DNA of 64,000 nt from Octopus bimaculoides. Its lineage: Eukaryota. Below the pieces are notes generated by a model that saw nothing but the letters and a program-made list of their open reading frames with translations, searched no databases and was not told where the DNA came from. The stretch is taken from assembly GCF_001194135.2 (NCBI RefSeq), contig NC_068984.1, positions 27,160,655 through 27,224,654 on the forward strand. Reading direction: 5' to 3'. Below are positions 13,200 through 26,299 of the stretch, piece after piece (within the stretch, counting starts at the first letter, position 1; the number at the start of each line of letters is the position of its first letter). A program made the translations under genes and the position numbers.

Positions 13200-13650
13200 A
13201 CTAGCAGAAAAACCCGGCGTTGCTCGGGATTAAAATGGCATAGATTTTTTTTATTGTTTTACTTGTTTCGGTCATGTGACTGCGGTCACGCTAGAGCACC
13301 ACCTTTAGTCGAAGAAATCGACTCCAGGATTTATTTTTTGTAAGCCTAGTACTTATTCTATCGGTGTGCATTACCAAACGGCCAAGTTACGGGGACATAA
13401 ACACAGCAATATCGGTTCTCAAACGATCTTGAGGGTACAAACACAGACACACACACAACAAACATACGCACACAAACGCACACACATAGTGTGACAAATC
13501 TGGCCCTTTCAAATACAGGTACAACTCATTTTTGCATTAGGGTTCGCATTAGGCAAGAAGTTGAAAATTTTTGTGGCCCAATGACACTCTAAGGACCCTG
13601 TGTAAAATTTGAATGAAATCGGTCCTAAGGGACCCAAAAGGTTAGATGTT
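13200..13650. mobile_element. Possible non-autonomous Helitron/Helentron-like element interrupted by SINE pieces
   Basis: End motif actagcagaaaaacccggcgttgctcggg with CCCGG/CTCGGG palindrome; distal tgtgtaaaatttgaatgaaatcggtcc is typical of such elements. Confidence 0.4.
13255..13487 (-). mobile_element. SINE family 'AB' 3' half
   Basis: ttttacttgtttcggtcatgtgactgcggtcacgctagagcaccacc...aagttacggggacataaac. Confidence 0.85.
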
Positions 13651-13935
13651 GCAAACTTTAAATTATCAAGCAACTTACAACGATTCCACGAAACTGTAGA
13701 GAGTATCAATCTTGACCCAAACAATCTATGGGAAGATTTCAAAACAAAAGTATTTCAGGCTCCAAGTTCGTCAGTGGGATTTACATCACGTAAGTCCAGT
13801 GGCTGGTTCTCAGATAGATCAGCAGAAATTCATGATCTACTTTTAGAAAAACAAAATTTAGGCAATACATTTCTTTCTCAGTTCTTGAACCCCAACTCAA
13901 ACGAAACTTACAGAAAGCTGAAAAGGAAAATGCAG
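13650..13935 (+). mobile_element. RTE (BovB-like) LINE fragment, endonuclease-RT linker
   Basis: RLDVANFK...LWEDFKTKVFQA...GFTSRKSSGWFSDRSAEIHDLLLEK matches W..FK..V..AA...G...RK..DWFDE...EI..LL.EK. Confidence 0.75.
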
Positions 13936-14699
13936 GTCGATAAATTAAGTACCTGTTACATACTGGGTGCGATCTAATCGACTGGACTTGTGCCAAGAGT
14001 AGAAAAGAATATTACGTTCTGTTTTCACCTGACGCCTTACTCTAAAGCCATGTACATGTTCTAACAAATGGTTATTAGTAACGCTAAGCCAATGTAAGAT
14101 CATAACATATGTTTGTGCGTGTGTGTATGCGCATTTCATATAATATATTTTATCCAGGTACCATGGCTAAATCATCAGCAGTGATAATAGCTAATGGAAC
14201 TTAAAAGATTCTATATTTGTTTCTTTAAAATGTATGAGTGTTTCTTATTATTTAAACTGTTGCTCTCAGAATATTTTGAATGTAATATATATATTTGAAA
14301 GGACACAAGCGGCTCTCAGTGATAACTTTATATCGTTCATGCTCTTCATCTGTACAAATGATTATGTACAATGATTTATACGCAGTAGTTTATTTAGTTC
14401 AATAACCAGAAATTTATGTACTCTATACATTTTGAGTATTTTCTGCATAAATGTTTCTATTGTTAGAGATTATCTATGCAAAATTTGAATGTGGGACGAT
14501 ACGCTTCAGTCAACTAACATAAAAATAAATATAGCAAAATTCTAAAGTAGAACTTTGCAATAGAAAACAAGAATTATGCACCTTATGGGAATTAACTTTG
14601 TGCAATATATAGGGAGAAGGTAGATGTTATTCAGTAAAAACAATAAACACATGAAGGCGCTGTGGGATATGAAGGAGATTAACAAGGAACAGCATATTT

Positions 14700-15250
14700 A
14701 GATCCTCAAGAACATTTAAGAAACCACAGAGCAGAGATATTAGATGACAGAGATAGTTCACTGACAGTTGTAGATAATTTCTGCTGTTTAAGACTTTGTT
14801 TAGTGCTGAAAGTCGTAGTATTGTATAAGAACGATGTTGAAGCAATCCAGAAAGCTATTATCCTATTGATGACAAAGAGTATCTCTATCTCTCTCTCATC
14901 CTCTCCCTCTTTCTTTCTCTCTTTCACTGTCTCTCTCGCTGAACGAAAGTGTGACACTTCAGTATGTATAAGGAATACAAAACCGTATGATATTGAAATA
15001 TGGGGGAATGGAGAAAGCAGATGACCAAGCTATCCAATTATGTGCAATGGCAATTTACTAGGAAGAGTTCTTCACCTGCTGACATTGCCATTAAATTTTA
15101 TGTTCTGCCATTTTCGTATTTGAAGTTGAATTAAGGAACTGCTTTTGCTTCAAAGGCTGATGTGATGTGTGTTGGAGTGACAACTATGCTGGTATGGAAA
15201 AGTGAGGTGAATATAATGTATATACACTCCTTGCCATATTGCTGCCCTGC
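14700..15250 (+). mobile_element. Degenerate RTE-type RT fragment
   Basis: SLTVVDNFCCL resembles LEVVDSFCYLG; downstream similarity is weak. Confidence 0.3.
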
Positions 15251-15449
15251 TTAAACGTTCTGCAAAATTTAAAGAAATAACGTCTGCATCATATTTTTTT
15301 TTATAAAAAAGAACAGAAAGCTTGAGTGGTTTTAATAATTAGTTAATGATTATTTAGTCCACATTTATTTTCTAAGAATTCTTGCAAACAATGGAAATTG
15401 ATTAAAACCTGAAAGACGTTTTCAGGAATTAATCATCAAACCTGCTAAA

Positions 15450-15900
15450 TGACCATATGACCACATGCATCACCTCTTTTGATTCATTTGCTTCTCATCA
15501 AATTGCCTTTGTTAATGCGCCCTGGCATTTTTAATTGGATCGTGTTCTGTTGGTTGGGGGTGATCAGTCGAGATCTTCAAACTATTTCACATGAAAGTGG
15601 TCTTTTAACATTTGTGATTTGTAAATTGGGGATTGTCTTGCTAAAAATCCAATCATTTGCACAACTCAGACCCTTATCCTAAAATAATTTATAATTTATT
15701 TTTGTTATCAAAATAACCTTTAATTTACATTAATTTATCAATGTTCCCAATGTGATCTGATACCCACCAAAATATTTTGCCTTCTTGTCAATTTGTTCTT
15801 CACTGTGACAAGCCAAAATTATTTTACAAAGTTTTAGCCAAATCTTGATAATTTGCTTAGAAGTATCACGATTGAAAACCTTCGGTAGATTTCTTTTGTA
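15450..15900 (-). mobile_element. Degenerate Tc1 transposase DDE-domain fragment
   Basis: Minus strand W(I)F-QDNP (~FQQDNAP) and DLD*SPQPTEHDPIKNA (~WP.QSPDLNPIEN.W). Confidence 0.55.
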
Positions 15901-15934
15901 TCACTCTCAGCGCGTGCCGTGTCTGATCCGTATT

Positions 15935-16130
15935 TTACCTTTTACTTGTTTCTGTCTTTTATCTGCTGTCATGCTGGTGCTCCTCCGTGGATAGTTTAGT
16001 TGAACAAATTAACCTCAGAACTTATTTTTTAAAGCCCATTACTTATTTTATCGGCAATTTTTGCCGAGACGCTAGTTTACAGGGACACAAACAAACCAAC
16101 ACCAGTTGACAAACGGTTGTTAGGTAAGAT
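15935..16130 (-). mobile_element. SINE family 'AB' 3' half
   Basis: ttttacttgtttctgtc...gctagtttacagggacacaaacaaaccaacacc. Confidence 0.75.
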
Positions 16131-16228
16131 ACACACATACATAGATGTATACATACATATATATTGTAAAATATTTAGAAATTTTATGTTTGGAAAAATA
16201 TATTATAATGAAATAAGATATTTACAAA

Positions 16229-19200
16229 GTCGACCGGTTTCGCTTATGTTAACCATGACTAAAGAGTTAGTGATAATGTTATAATTCCATGCTGTCATAA
16301 AAAGTTAGTGGGAGGAAGGATAATTTGTAAATGAATCGGGAAATATATAAATTTTATGGTAGATAACCTGTTATTGTTATTATTTGAAGCAGGGGCTGTA
16401 ATTATCCATTTTATTTTTGGAAAGCGATTTCATTATTTGTAGATTAAAAAAATGTATTATGAATTGAATTATATATAAAGTCCACTATTGGTTATATGCT
16501 CATATTCAGGCACGGTTGATATCTTTTCGATAAATGCAGTCTCTTTATTTTATTGTTGTTGTAAGAAGTTGTTCCATTGCATTGGCATGTAGGAAAATTT
16601 TGGTTTTGGTTGGAGATTTCACGCACATCTCTATGTGTTCGCTTAATGGTACTTGTCTATATCATTGGAAACTGAGTTGTTCTCTATGCAGTAAGATTTT
16701 TGTTTGCCCTATATAGTTGTGTCCACATCTTGATCAAGTTATGATGTAGATTAAAGATGCAGAGGTAAACTCATTGATAATTTTGAATCTTTGTCCTTGT
16801 TTAAAATGGAATTCTGAACTTGTCAGTTGGTTGAGACATGTTCTATAGTTAGGTCACTCACATCGCTTAACTCTAGGTTCCGTTGTTGGAGGATATGATT
16901 TCGCACCTGAAAGTATTCTCTTTAATTGTTTTTTTTTTGTTTTTTTTTATACTTTTAACGCATTTGTGTGTGCGGAGAATTTGGTTCGTCTTATGGTCCC
17001 CATCTTGTGGCCCCTTATGGTCCCATAGGTAAATTTTGCATAATAGCGTATTATGCCTCATTGTTTCTAGGGTTTATTTTCATATAAGACCAGTTGAAAT
17101 CATTTACGATAAATTTCTTTAAATATTTCGATATACAACTTTTTTTATGACAGATGCATTAATTGAAGGTAGGGATTTATTTCAGAACATATAGTGATTA
17201 GTGTAGAAGTAGATGAGGAAAGATTAGCTTTCAAGGAATAAATGTTAATATCAGGTTTTAGAATACTAGGACTCTCATTAAAATTATCTCTATTTTCATT
17301 ATTTTAATTGCTGTTGTTAATGTCACTGTCGTTCAATGCTGACCCCATTTCACAGTTTTTACATCGTTATATATCCTAAGAGTGCAATCTTCACTACTGT
17401 TAGGTCCAAAATTTGCATCAAAATTGCTTACGATCTCTTTCAGTTTTGAGGTTGCCATGTTGTCCAGTAATCAGCAAATGCTTACCATGTTACTATGTCA
17501 ATATTTCCCAATTTTCTTAATTTCATTTATTAGAAGACCATCATTATCTAGGACAGACATCAAGATAGCAGTGAAAAGGCAGATACTCATCTTCTTCCTG
17601 GAGAACCACTAACGTCATTTTCTTCGTAAAACTTCATAAATCTTGTTTGCGATACGCTTCTTTCTCCAAATTCAGAAAGTTGATAATTGTTTCTTGAACT
17701 ATTTTACTTATCTGTCTAGTTTTCTTTTCCCCGTGGCCCTATCCTCTTTGGTTTTGTTTTATGCTCAAACTCTAGCAGTTGTGTGAAAAGGAAATTCCAC
17801 GATCGAACAAGACATCAATACCGTTGATGTCATTTACATATTTTTTTAGGATATCATTCTAGTTTATTATTTACTTATTTCGAATTTAGTTTACTTGGTA
17901 ATTGTTCATACTTTCAGGTTTCCAGAACCAATTACATTATCCTTCCAGTCTAAATCTTGTAATGCATATTCATTACAAATTTCTTCTTTTTTCCCTTATT
18001 TTACGTTATTGCCTTGGTGCAGTACATTCCTTTGCAAGTAGATTTTAAAAACTTTGTTTCTTATTTTATTATCTTTAAGGATGGCAGATTGGTAGAATCG
18101 TTAGATTGCAGAGTCCATGAATGAAGAACACTGCCAAATATTATTTGTTAATCAATACATGTTATACTCGGAATCCTTTGTCTGCAGTTTTCGGTTATAT
18201 TTTGTTCATCAGTAATTAATCTTTACAACCATATGAAATTTTGTAGCATTACATTTATTCTTTGGAAAGATTATTTTTTCTGATAATTATTTATTATTTT
18301 TGATATTATAGCATTCAAAGCCTTATACATTTATAAGTTTGTAGTTTTGAAATCAGCTGTTTCTTTAGTATTGGAGACTAAGATGGTTTTCCCAGATGAT
18401 GTGATTTTTCCCACTTGAAAAGGTTAACTAATTGTTACCGTATTTCATACGTTAATCAGAAGTTTAGAACGTCCACTTTTTACCGTCTGAGCTACTTCTG
18501 GTGTTGTTATTGCTTCTTGCAATTAATGAGATGATGATGTACTTATTTTGAAGACACCCGGTGCTTGGCGATTCATTTGCTATCGATATTCCTCTCCCGA
18601 ATTCTTTTCCAGCTGTTGGCATTGAATTGATTTTTGATTTTGTTTGTACATAATTCTTGGAAAAAATGTTTTTCATTGAACTTAAATTGTTTGTTCTCTT
18701 CAAAGAATCGCCACCGTTTATCATAACGACGGACTGTTTGAAATTGAGCACACATGACTTGTTTTAATTCTTTGATTTCAGGTAGTATTTGTTTGTTTAT
18801 TATTTTTGTACTATTTGTCTTTTCCTTAGTCTCCAGTTATTGATATAATTAAATATTCAGTGAGCATATATTTTGTTTTCTGTCCGTCACTGCATGCTTG
18901 TTTTCTACGTCATCTCAAGGAGTTTAGATGTTCCCATAAGAATTATTTTAATGAAATACAAACTTTTTATTATTTCGCTGCTGGTGCATATATTGTTTCA
19001 TTTATAGTTGTGATATGGATGTTGACATCTATTTCCAGTAAGTATAAATGGTTATGTACGTGTTTTTATTGGTGCTACTATTTTAACGGTAAAGATTTAC
19101 TTGGGGGAGTGCTTTGCATCGATCCATTAGAAGGTCTTCCGGTTTTAAGTCTATTTCCAGTTCCAGATATTTGTCATTTTCAGAATCTCTAGTGTTGGAA

Positions 19201-19600
19201 ATTTAGTCTCTTAAAATTATTGCACTCAAATTTTTGCTAGTGTGTTCCGGGTTTGACTTTTCGTATCCAATATTCTAGTTTTGCCAGGGTTTTATTTTGT
19301 GTTTCGTTACTTGTTCCTTTCTTTTGCTTGCTTTTGATTTTATTTTGGGAATTTACGCCCGAAATGTTTGCAATGTAGATCGCTTTGCTTTCAGTACTTG
19401 TAATTTGTTTATTCTTCGTAAGTTCATTATACTTACTTTTAATTGTTGCGTTTCTCTGTCTGATGTGGTATTTGATTTTAAGAATATATATCTGCTTAAA
19501 TTAGCTTGTCTTTTGGGATCCAAATTTAATTTTAGTTCAGTGTTATATTCTCTGCTGATTATTTACTTATGTGTTATGGTAGTTCCGTTTTGTGGGTAGA
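16229..19600 (-). mobile_element. Long degenerate Penelope-like element (N-terminal region, RT, GIY-YIG endonuclease, 3' tail)
   Basis: Minus strand: KTADKG (~IKPADKG, ~18180); KYVND (~RYVDD, ~17830); EEDEYLPF...LDV (~17570); LIYII...CGHNYIGQT (~16710-16750); FIEKYQP-type end (~16520); GCGAAACCGGTC HHR-like remnant at the 3' end. Confidence 0.72.
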
Positions 19601-19739
19601 GTGTAAGTGTAAAATATGCATAATCGGCAATTGGTAACAATAGAATTGAGAAAATTAGTAACGCAGGACTATACCGGATATTAAGTAAAAAGTATTGAAC
19701 TTACACATATAGATTTCAACATTTTCCTTGCTTGTTTTG

Positions 19740-20440
19740 AAAATATTCTTTGACATTATTTCTTCGAGAAATTTTGGTCAGGTGAAATAACAATGTTTCT
19801 CACTGAGAAAGCGATATATTTATTCATGTATTGCATGTATTGCGCAGAAGGGTGCTGCTATTGCAACCAGCTAGCTTCCTGTAGCCCCTTTCTATTATTG
19901 ATCTTCGGTTTCTTTTGACGTATGAGGATAGCCTCAGAGATTCTAAGGTTGCCCCTGTTCCGCTGTGTTGCCTTCATGTGCACTGAATTCCCGAGTCTGG
20001 CAATTCCGTAAATGCTTCTTCACGGACGTGTCTGCCTGCATGTGTTCCTTAATGTGTACATGCAATTTTCTTATCGTGCTTCCGATATAGGATACGCGAC
20101 ATTTGCCACAGATGATCTCATATACGACATAGGTCCTCTGGCACAATTCGGGGTCATTGATGGGGCAGTTCAACAATGTGCACTCTACAGAATAGTGAGT
20201 GGTGTTGATCTTGGACAGAACGTTTCTCAAAAAAGGGCTGTTGTGCACCATCTGTATATCGAGTCCTTCCCTGCGCAATGCGTGTTGTATCACTGCAGTA
20301 GTTCTGTCGTCAAAGTGCGGTAGATTTAGAAAGCACGTGCCAGATTTGGGAGTATGCTGGTTCTTCCGGTGTTTATTCATCTTGATGTTCTACAGGCGCC
20401 GTTGTTTAGCTAAAGATGGTGGGTTGCCATTCAGAGGTTA
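19740..20440 (-). mobile_element. Penelope-like element 3' part: GIY-YIG endonuclease
   Basis: ORF 19943-20380: CPINDPELCQRTYVVYEIICGKCRVSYIGSTIRKLHVHIKEH, then frameshifted RISEAILIRQKKPKINN. Confidence 0.9.
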
Positions 20441-21478
20441 GATCTGTTTCGAATCAGCAACATGACCGCGAAAGCGACAAATAGAATAAGTGCTGGGCTT
20501 ACAAAAATAAGCCCTAGGCGCTCGATTTCTCTGACTGAAACGCTTTAAGGTGGTGCTCCAGCATGGTTGCAGTGAAATGACTGAAACAAGTAAAAGAAAA
20601 AAAGCATAAATGCGCGCGCGTGTGTGTGTACGTAAGTGTGTGTGTGTGTGTGTGTGTGAATGTTAGGTAAAAATATAATGCAGCTTTACAATTTGACTAC
20701 AAGTACGTTATTTCAATATAAGTAATGAATAAATTTTGAAGGACATTGCTATTTTCCAACAAGCTAAATCAACGATACAATTGCACATCTTCATTTCAAT
20801 CAAATCCTTTACTGCAATATTTTTGTAAAGCTTCTCTTTACAAATTTTCAATTAATTTATCTAAACAGCCTAAATTCGGAATATCCTTCTAGAGCTCGGT
20901 GTTTATATTTTTAGATCTTTAATTATTCGCAGTCCTTCAATTGCTATATCGTCGTAAAATATTTTCAGTGAATCCTTGTATTACTCAAAACTGAGAAGGC
21001 ATTTGTGTCACAATTCTAAAGGATTCTGCATTGAAATCTCTTTGATTATTAAATAGGAAAATAATAACGAAGAAAAAATTCATAAACATAATATAGAAAT
21101 CTGAGTGGGTGTTCAACATAATTTTAAAAACAAAGCTCATTATGTATGCATGTATGTATGCATGCATGTATGTATGTATGTATGTATGTATGTATGTATG
21201 TATTATCTAAACATGTGTACATATAAATATATATATATTCGTGTTAGTGTATGTGTATTTATACATACAGCAATACGTTATGTGTATATATATATATAAT
21301 TAAATGAGGCAGCTAGTTAGCAGAGATTCGCCAAAAAGGAAACAATAGATATTGAATATGATTTAGGGTGTTAGAACACCTACACTGCTAGAAATAAGAG
21401 CTCTTGTTTCTGACTGTGTAGATGTTCTCACACTCGCAGCCATATATATATATATATGTGTGTGTGTATCTGTATGTA

Positions 21479-21519
<41 letters not shown>

Positions 21520-22869
21520 GTGTGTGTGTGTGTGTGTGTGTGTATGTATATATATGTATGTGTGTATATATGTATAGGCATATACACACACATATATGCT
21601 TTTCCGTTGAGGTCTCCGGTGATAAGCCAGTGGCCTGCATAATCTTCACTGTATGGTCTTAAGCTGGGCGGTTATAAATGTAATGGTTAGTACAGATATG
21701 CATCACATACCGGAAACAGTGCTCTAATCTTAAAAGTGGTATTATAACTTCACACACATTTAGGTCAGTAGTTCATATATCCGAAACGAGGCACACTCTA
21801 AAACATTAAAGCAATAATATTTAGAATGTTGTTTGTTATGGCCAGCCAGAGTGACCATTGGTCTCGGACCTATAAACCAGTTAGCTTTATAGGCGACTCG
21901 TCTGATACAAATAATATCTGGGCAAAAAGCCGTTGAATTCAGTGGTGTCAGATCTCTACAATAGAATGTATACTCATTAAATATTTCTGTCTAGGTTTTG
22001 TAACATGGTGCCTTTTCTTTCAAGTGAAATATGGTAGAAAATATATTACCTTCTCCTTCGCAAGTTCGATGTAGGTGACAGCAGGTTAATGGGATCAACT
22101 AATATGTGGGGAAAGCGTAAGGAAGTTCTAAAATTCATATTAACAACTGGAACAAGCAAAAAGAGCCGGCAAAATAGTCTATTCAAAGAACAAGTAACCT
22201 CATTTAAGGGAAAAACCAATTACATACCCCATGTTGTTGTGAAGCCACAATTTAGCCTTGATGGAGCTGTCCTATGGCACATAGACAGTCTGCCAAATGA
22301 CGAAGCGTGATTTGCACTTCCATTTTCCTTATTATGACATATCTCCTGCTACATGATGTTTCTCAAGCAGTATCATGTGAAGGAAAATCTCTTCTTTGTG
22401 CTGTATTGAGTGTAGAATCACAAATTTGTGTCTTTCAGCAACTGCGTGTACAGAAAAAGCTGTTACTGATTAGGTAACCATGTTGATATATAACTCTCTA
22501 ATCACTGATTGGTTAGGAATTAATTTAATTACTTCATCTATCAAGTAAATAAATCGCGTGCTTGAGTTTGCTTTGCCAGTACGCTACAGAAAATTAGTTC
22601 ACACTTTAATAGGAGAGATTTACTGCAAAGCTATCACGACTACAATAATATAACTGTTCGCGTAGATGAAGTCTACTGGTGAAATTGTTGTACTTAATGT
22701 AGTATTCAAACGGTTATTCATTATTTTGCATTTTTGCATTTCAGCAGTATATATAGAGTTAATATACTGACATACTATGACAAATAATGTCATATAATTG
22801 ATATATTTTTACCTCGTAAATAATTGTTTGTAACTCAGGTATGGCTACTACTTTTGAGAGGAATGGAAT

Positions 22870-23050
22870 AGACAATTACAAGATTCCAGTTGTTCTTGGC
22901 AAGAACTTTATTTTACTGACACCGAAAGAGCAAAAGGCTGAGTTGTCCCGGACGGGATTTGAACTCAGAAATGTAAAGAACCAGAAGAAATTCTGCAGGT
23001 CACTTCGTTTCACGCTCCAACGATTCTATCAATCCTCCTCTCTTTGGCAT
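22870..23050 (-). mobile_element. tRNA-derived SINE family 'C', partial
   Basis: Reverse complement homologous to 24686-24900 (gaatcgtt...ctgagttcaaat...gccttt). Confidence 0.65.
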
Positions 23051-24685
23051 GTCAATAATAGCGAATTGTTTAATTAATAGACAAAATAAACAAGATATTA
23101 GTTCAAAGATTTACAAATACAGGTTTAAACTGAAGAGACCACAATTAGATAATTTACCTTTGTTTGACACGACGTTAGCTCAAAGTAAAATCCCGATGAC
23201 TATTAATGCTTAATTTAAAAGAGATAATACATTAAGGAAACTTTTGAGTTGCTTTCTACTTGAAAAAATACATGAAAGTAAACAGTAAATAATAGGCTTT
23301 GTGTTCCACATATAAGCATTTCATTTACAAAGGAAAAATAAAACAAAGCAAAAATATAAAGAAAAACTAAACTAACTTCATATTAATTAAATCATGTTTC
23401 AGTAAGTTTTATGGTATTTCTTTACAAAAGTAAAATAAACTCATGTACAGACAGTTCTTTGTTTTGTAAGAACTTGTTCAAATGAATCTGTATGAAAGAA
23501 AAATGTTACATGCAACACTAGTCCGGTATCTGTCTTGGCAAATTAATTATTACTATTTATAATAGATCAATGAAATAAATACCAGTCATACATATATGCA
23601 ATCTGAATCGATATAACGTTTCATGCACACTAGATTTTAATCAATTAAATCAGAACTTCAAATTGTGATTTAACGATCTATTTTCTTTTATAATACTGTC
23701 AGATCGTGTGGTATTAAATAATTATGTTTTTGACAGTTTATATGATACATGGTGTATATTAACTGGGAAGTAGTTACGTAGTAAGTAAATAACAACCTAC
23801 TAAACTGATGACATCATGTTTCTAGCGATTTGTCAATGTCACAAAGCAACAACAATTATACTCCATCTTATATTTAGAAATAACAAATAAGTTTTAAAAT
23901 GAATGACAAAATTATACATTTATATTGATAGTAGTCAATGAGAGCAAATAGTAACTGAGAAGACAAGATAGATATTCAACATTTCACAATGACAACACAA
24001 AAACATCAATATTGTACAGCAATTGCCAAGTAGGGAGGTTTAACCTTATGAGAAAAATACTCTTGAGACTTTTCTAGAATTCCCAAAACTAAACTTATCC
24101 ATAGATAATTACTTTCTAATGATGTATGAGTCATATATGGTTCAGAGAATTTTGACACTTCAGTTCTGGTCACATAATCAATTCTTGTCTGACCAAATAT
24201 ATAGCAGTTATTTTTTAAATATTTTTTCTTTCAAATGACTGACTAGTGAGCGTTTCATTTTCTTTCAAATACTATTAACTGTAGGTCAAAGTAGCACCAA
24301 TGCCTGGTTTGCTGTCATAACAACATTCTTAATTTATTCATGCTACACAAAGGCAAAAAGCAATATATTTATATCAAAGTGAAACGAGATTTTGTGACAT
24401 TAATCCTTTTCCAAGAAACATTTGCAGTGTAAATGTGATCATTGTCATTTATAATTTTTGCGGTATATTAGTATCAGAACTATATTTTAGTCATTTGTTT
24501 GCATTGAAATGGTAAATATATATTCAACCATAAATATATAGGGAATATTATTAATTTTCAAGAAAAAATATTTGCTTCTTTTTATTAGACATGCACAGTA
24601 AACCCCACCCCGCCCCCAAAAATTATTCGTAGAGTTTCAATGGCTATGTTATTTAGTAACAAAACCTTAATATTAGTCCTTGCAA

Positions 24686-25395
24686 AGGCGGTGAACAAAC
24701 AATCGTTACCGCGCCGGACAAATTACTTAGCAGCATTTCTTCTGACATAAACGCTCCGAGTTCAAATGTTGCCGGAGGTCATCTTTGCCTTTCATCCTTT
24801 CGGGGTCGATGAAATAAGTACTAGTTGAGCACTGAGGGATGATGTAATCGACTTACCCCATACCTCGAAATTGCTGGCCTTATGCCAAAATTTGAAACCA
24901 ATGTCAGTCATTAAGACGGTGACGCGGAAGAATCGTTAGCACGCCCGGCAAATGCTTAGCGGCATTTCGTTCATCGTTCTGAGTTCAACTTCCGATGAGG
25001 TCCAATTTTGTTTTTGATCTTTCATCATTGCACTGGTATTTGTTTCAGCTCCCTTATGTTCTGAGTTCAACTTCCATGGAGTTCAATTTTGCCTTTTCTC
25101 CTTTCAGAATCAATAGAATAAAGTATCAGCAAGTACTGGGCCGACACGATCGCCTAACTTACCGTTATATAATTTCTGACCTTATGCCTCAATTAGAAAT
25201 TATTAAAGATGATGATAAAATGTGTAGCAGTATTTCTTTCGGATCTTTGTCTTCCGAGTTTGTATCCTACCGAAGTCTACTTTGGATCTCGTCCCTCTGG
25301 AGTCGATAAAGTAGAGTGCTAATTATGTACTGAGCTTGATTTAATCGACAAACGTCCTCCTGCTACGTTCTGGCCTTGTGCCTAATTTAGGAAAA
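24686..25395 (+). mobile_element. Three consecutive copies of tRNA-derived SINE family 'C'
   Basis: Repeated ...gagttcaaat...tttgcctttcatcctttcggggtcgat..aataagtac...gcactg...taatcgactta...gctggcctt.tgcc.aaattt blocks at ~24686, ~24915 and ~25200. Confidence 0.85.
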
Positions 25396-26299
25396 TATTT
25401 TGTATTCGTCCAAGGGATTAAATAATTGCCTGTAGGGGATAAAAAAAGCATCTAAATCTAAGTATACTTGCAAATGTCCACATGGTAGGTCTAATGATAC
25501 CCTGCAAGTCAAAGCTGAAAAATAGATATAAAAAGTGACGAATACGCGTGATACATCAGTCAGTTTTCGGTGGCAGTGATTCAAGCCAAGTCACATCAAT
25601 TGATGTCGGTTACGAATCAGTAATCCGTACTTTACTATAAAACAACGATATACTAACTTTAGCTGGGTACCCCGTTAGTAGTTGTGGGCTTACACGTTCT
25701 CACCACCACTAATCTTCTGCTTTGCTCTTACTCCTTACATCCTTATCTGAATCATCCTGATTAGTTTCCACTTCTCTCACCTCCTTTTAATAAATTTTCC
25801 TAGACTACCGCTTGAATTATTTGATTTCATTATTGGATTAGACACAATCACATCCTCTCCATTCATTCCTCCAGCAATCAGTTAAACGTTATACACATTT
25901 CATGTTAGTGGCTTCCCGTTATAATTTCAAAGATAGAAGGATAGACAATACACACTCGCACATACATATATACACATACACACTTATACATGCTTACACA
26001 CACATAACGCACGTGCGCGCGCGCAAACACACAACGCACGTGCGCGCGCGCACACACACAGTGAAGATTATCTCTAATAAGATGTCCTCCAAGCTAAAAC
26101 TATTTCTTTATTAATATTATCCTTCGCAGTAAGAATGCTATGATTTTTGATAATATCAGTGTAAGTCTGAAGCATAAAATCAAAGAGAAAGAAAAGCAAG
26201 TGATAGACGGTAACACACAACAAACATATCATTACATGATATGAATATTACTTCTAAAATGATGGTTATGTATCCTTAGAAACTGGAATATCTGCTGAA

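Noticed and set aside
17585-17640. FYEENDVSGSPGR as a DNA-transposase motif
   Set aside because: Another frame gives EEDEYLPF..LDV just downstream of YVND, fitting the surrounding Penelope RT
22480-22700. CCAAT-like (ATTGG) and Inr-like motifs as a promoter
   Set aside because: Short motifs expected by chance, with no linked exon or ORF
26003-26058. Duplicated acgcacgtgcgcgcgcgc (Z-DNA-prone)
   Set aside because: Simple slippage within a (CA)n/(CG)n microsatellite, common in this type of genome
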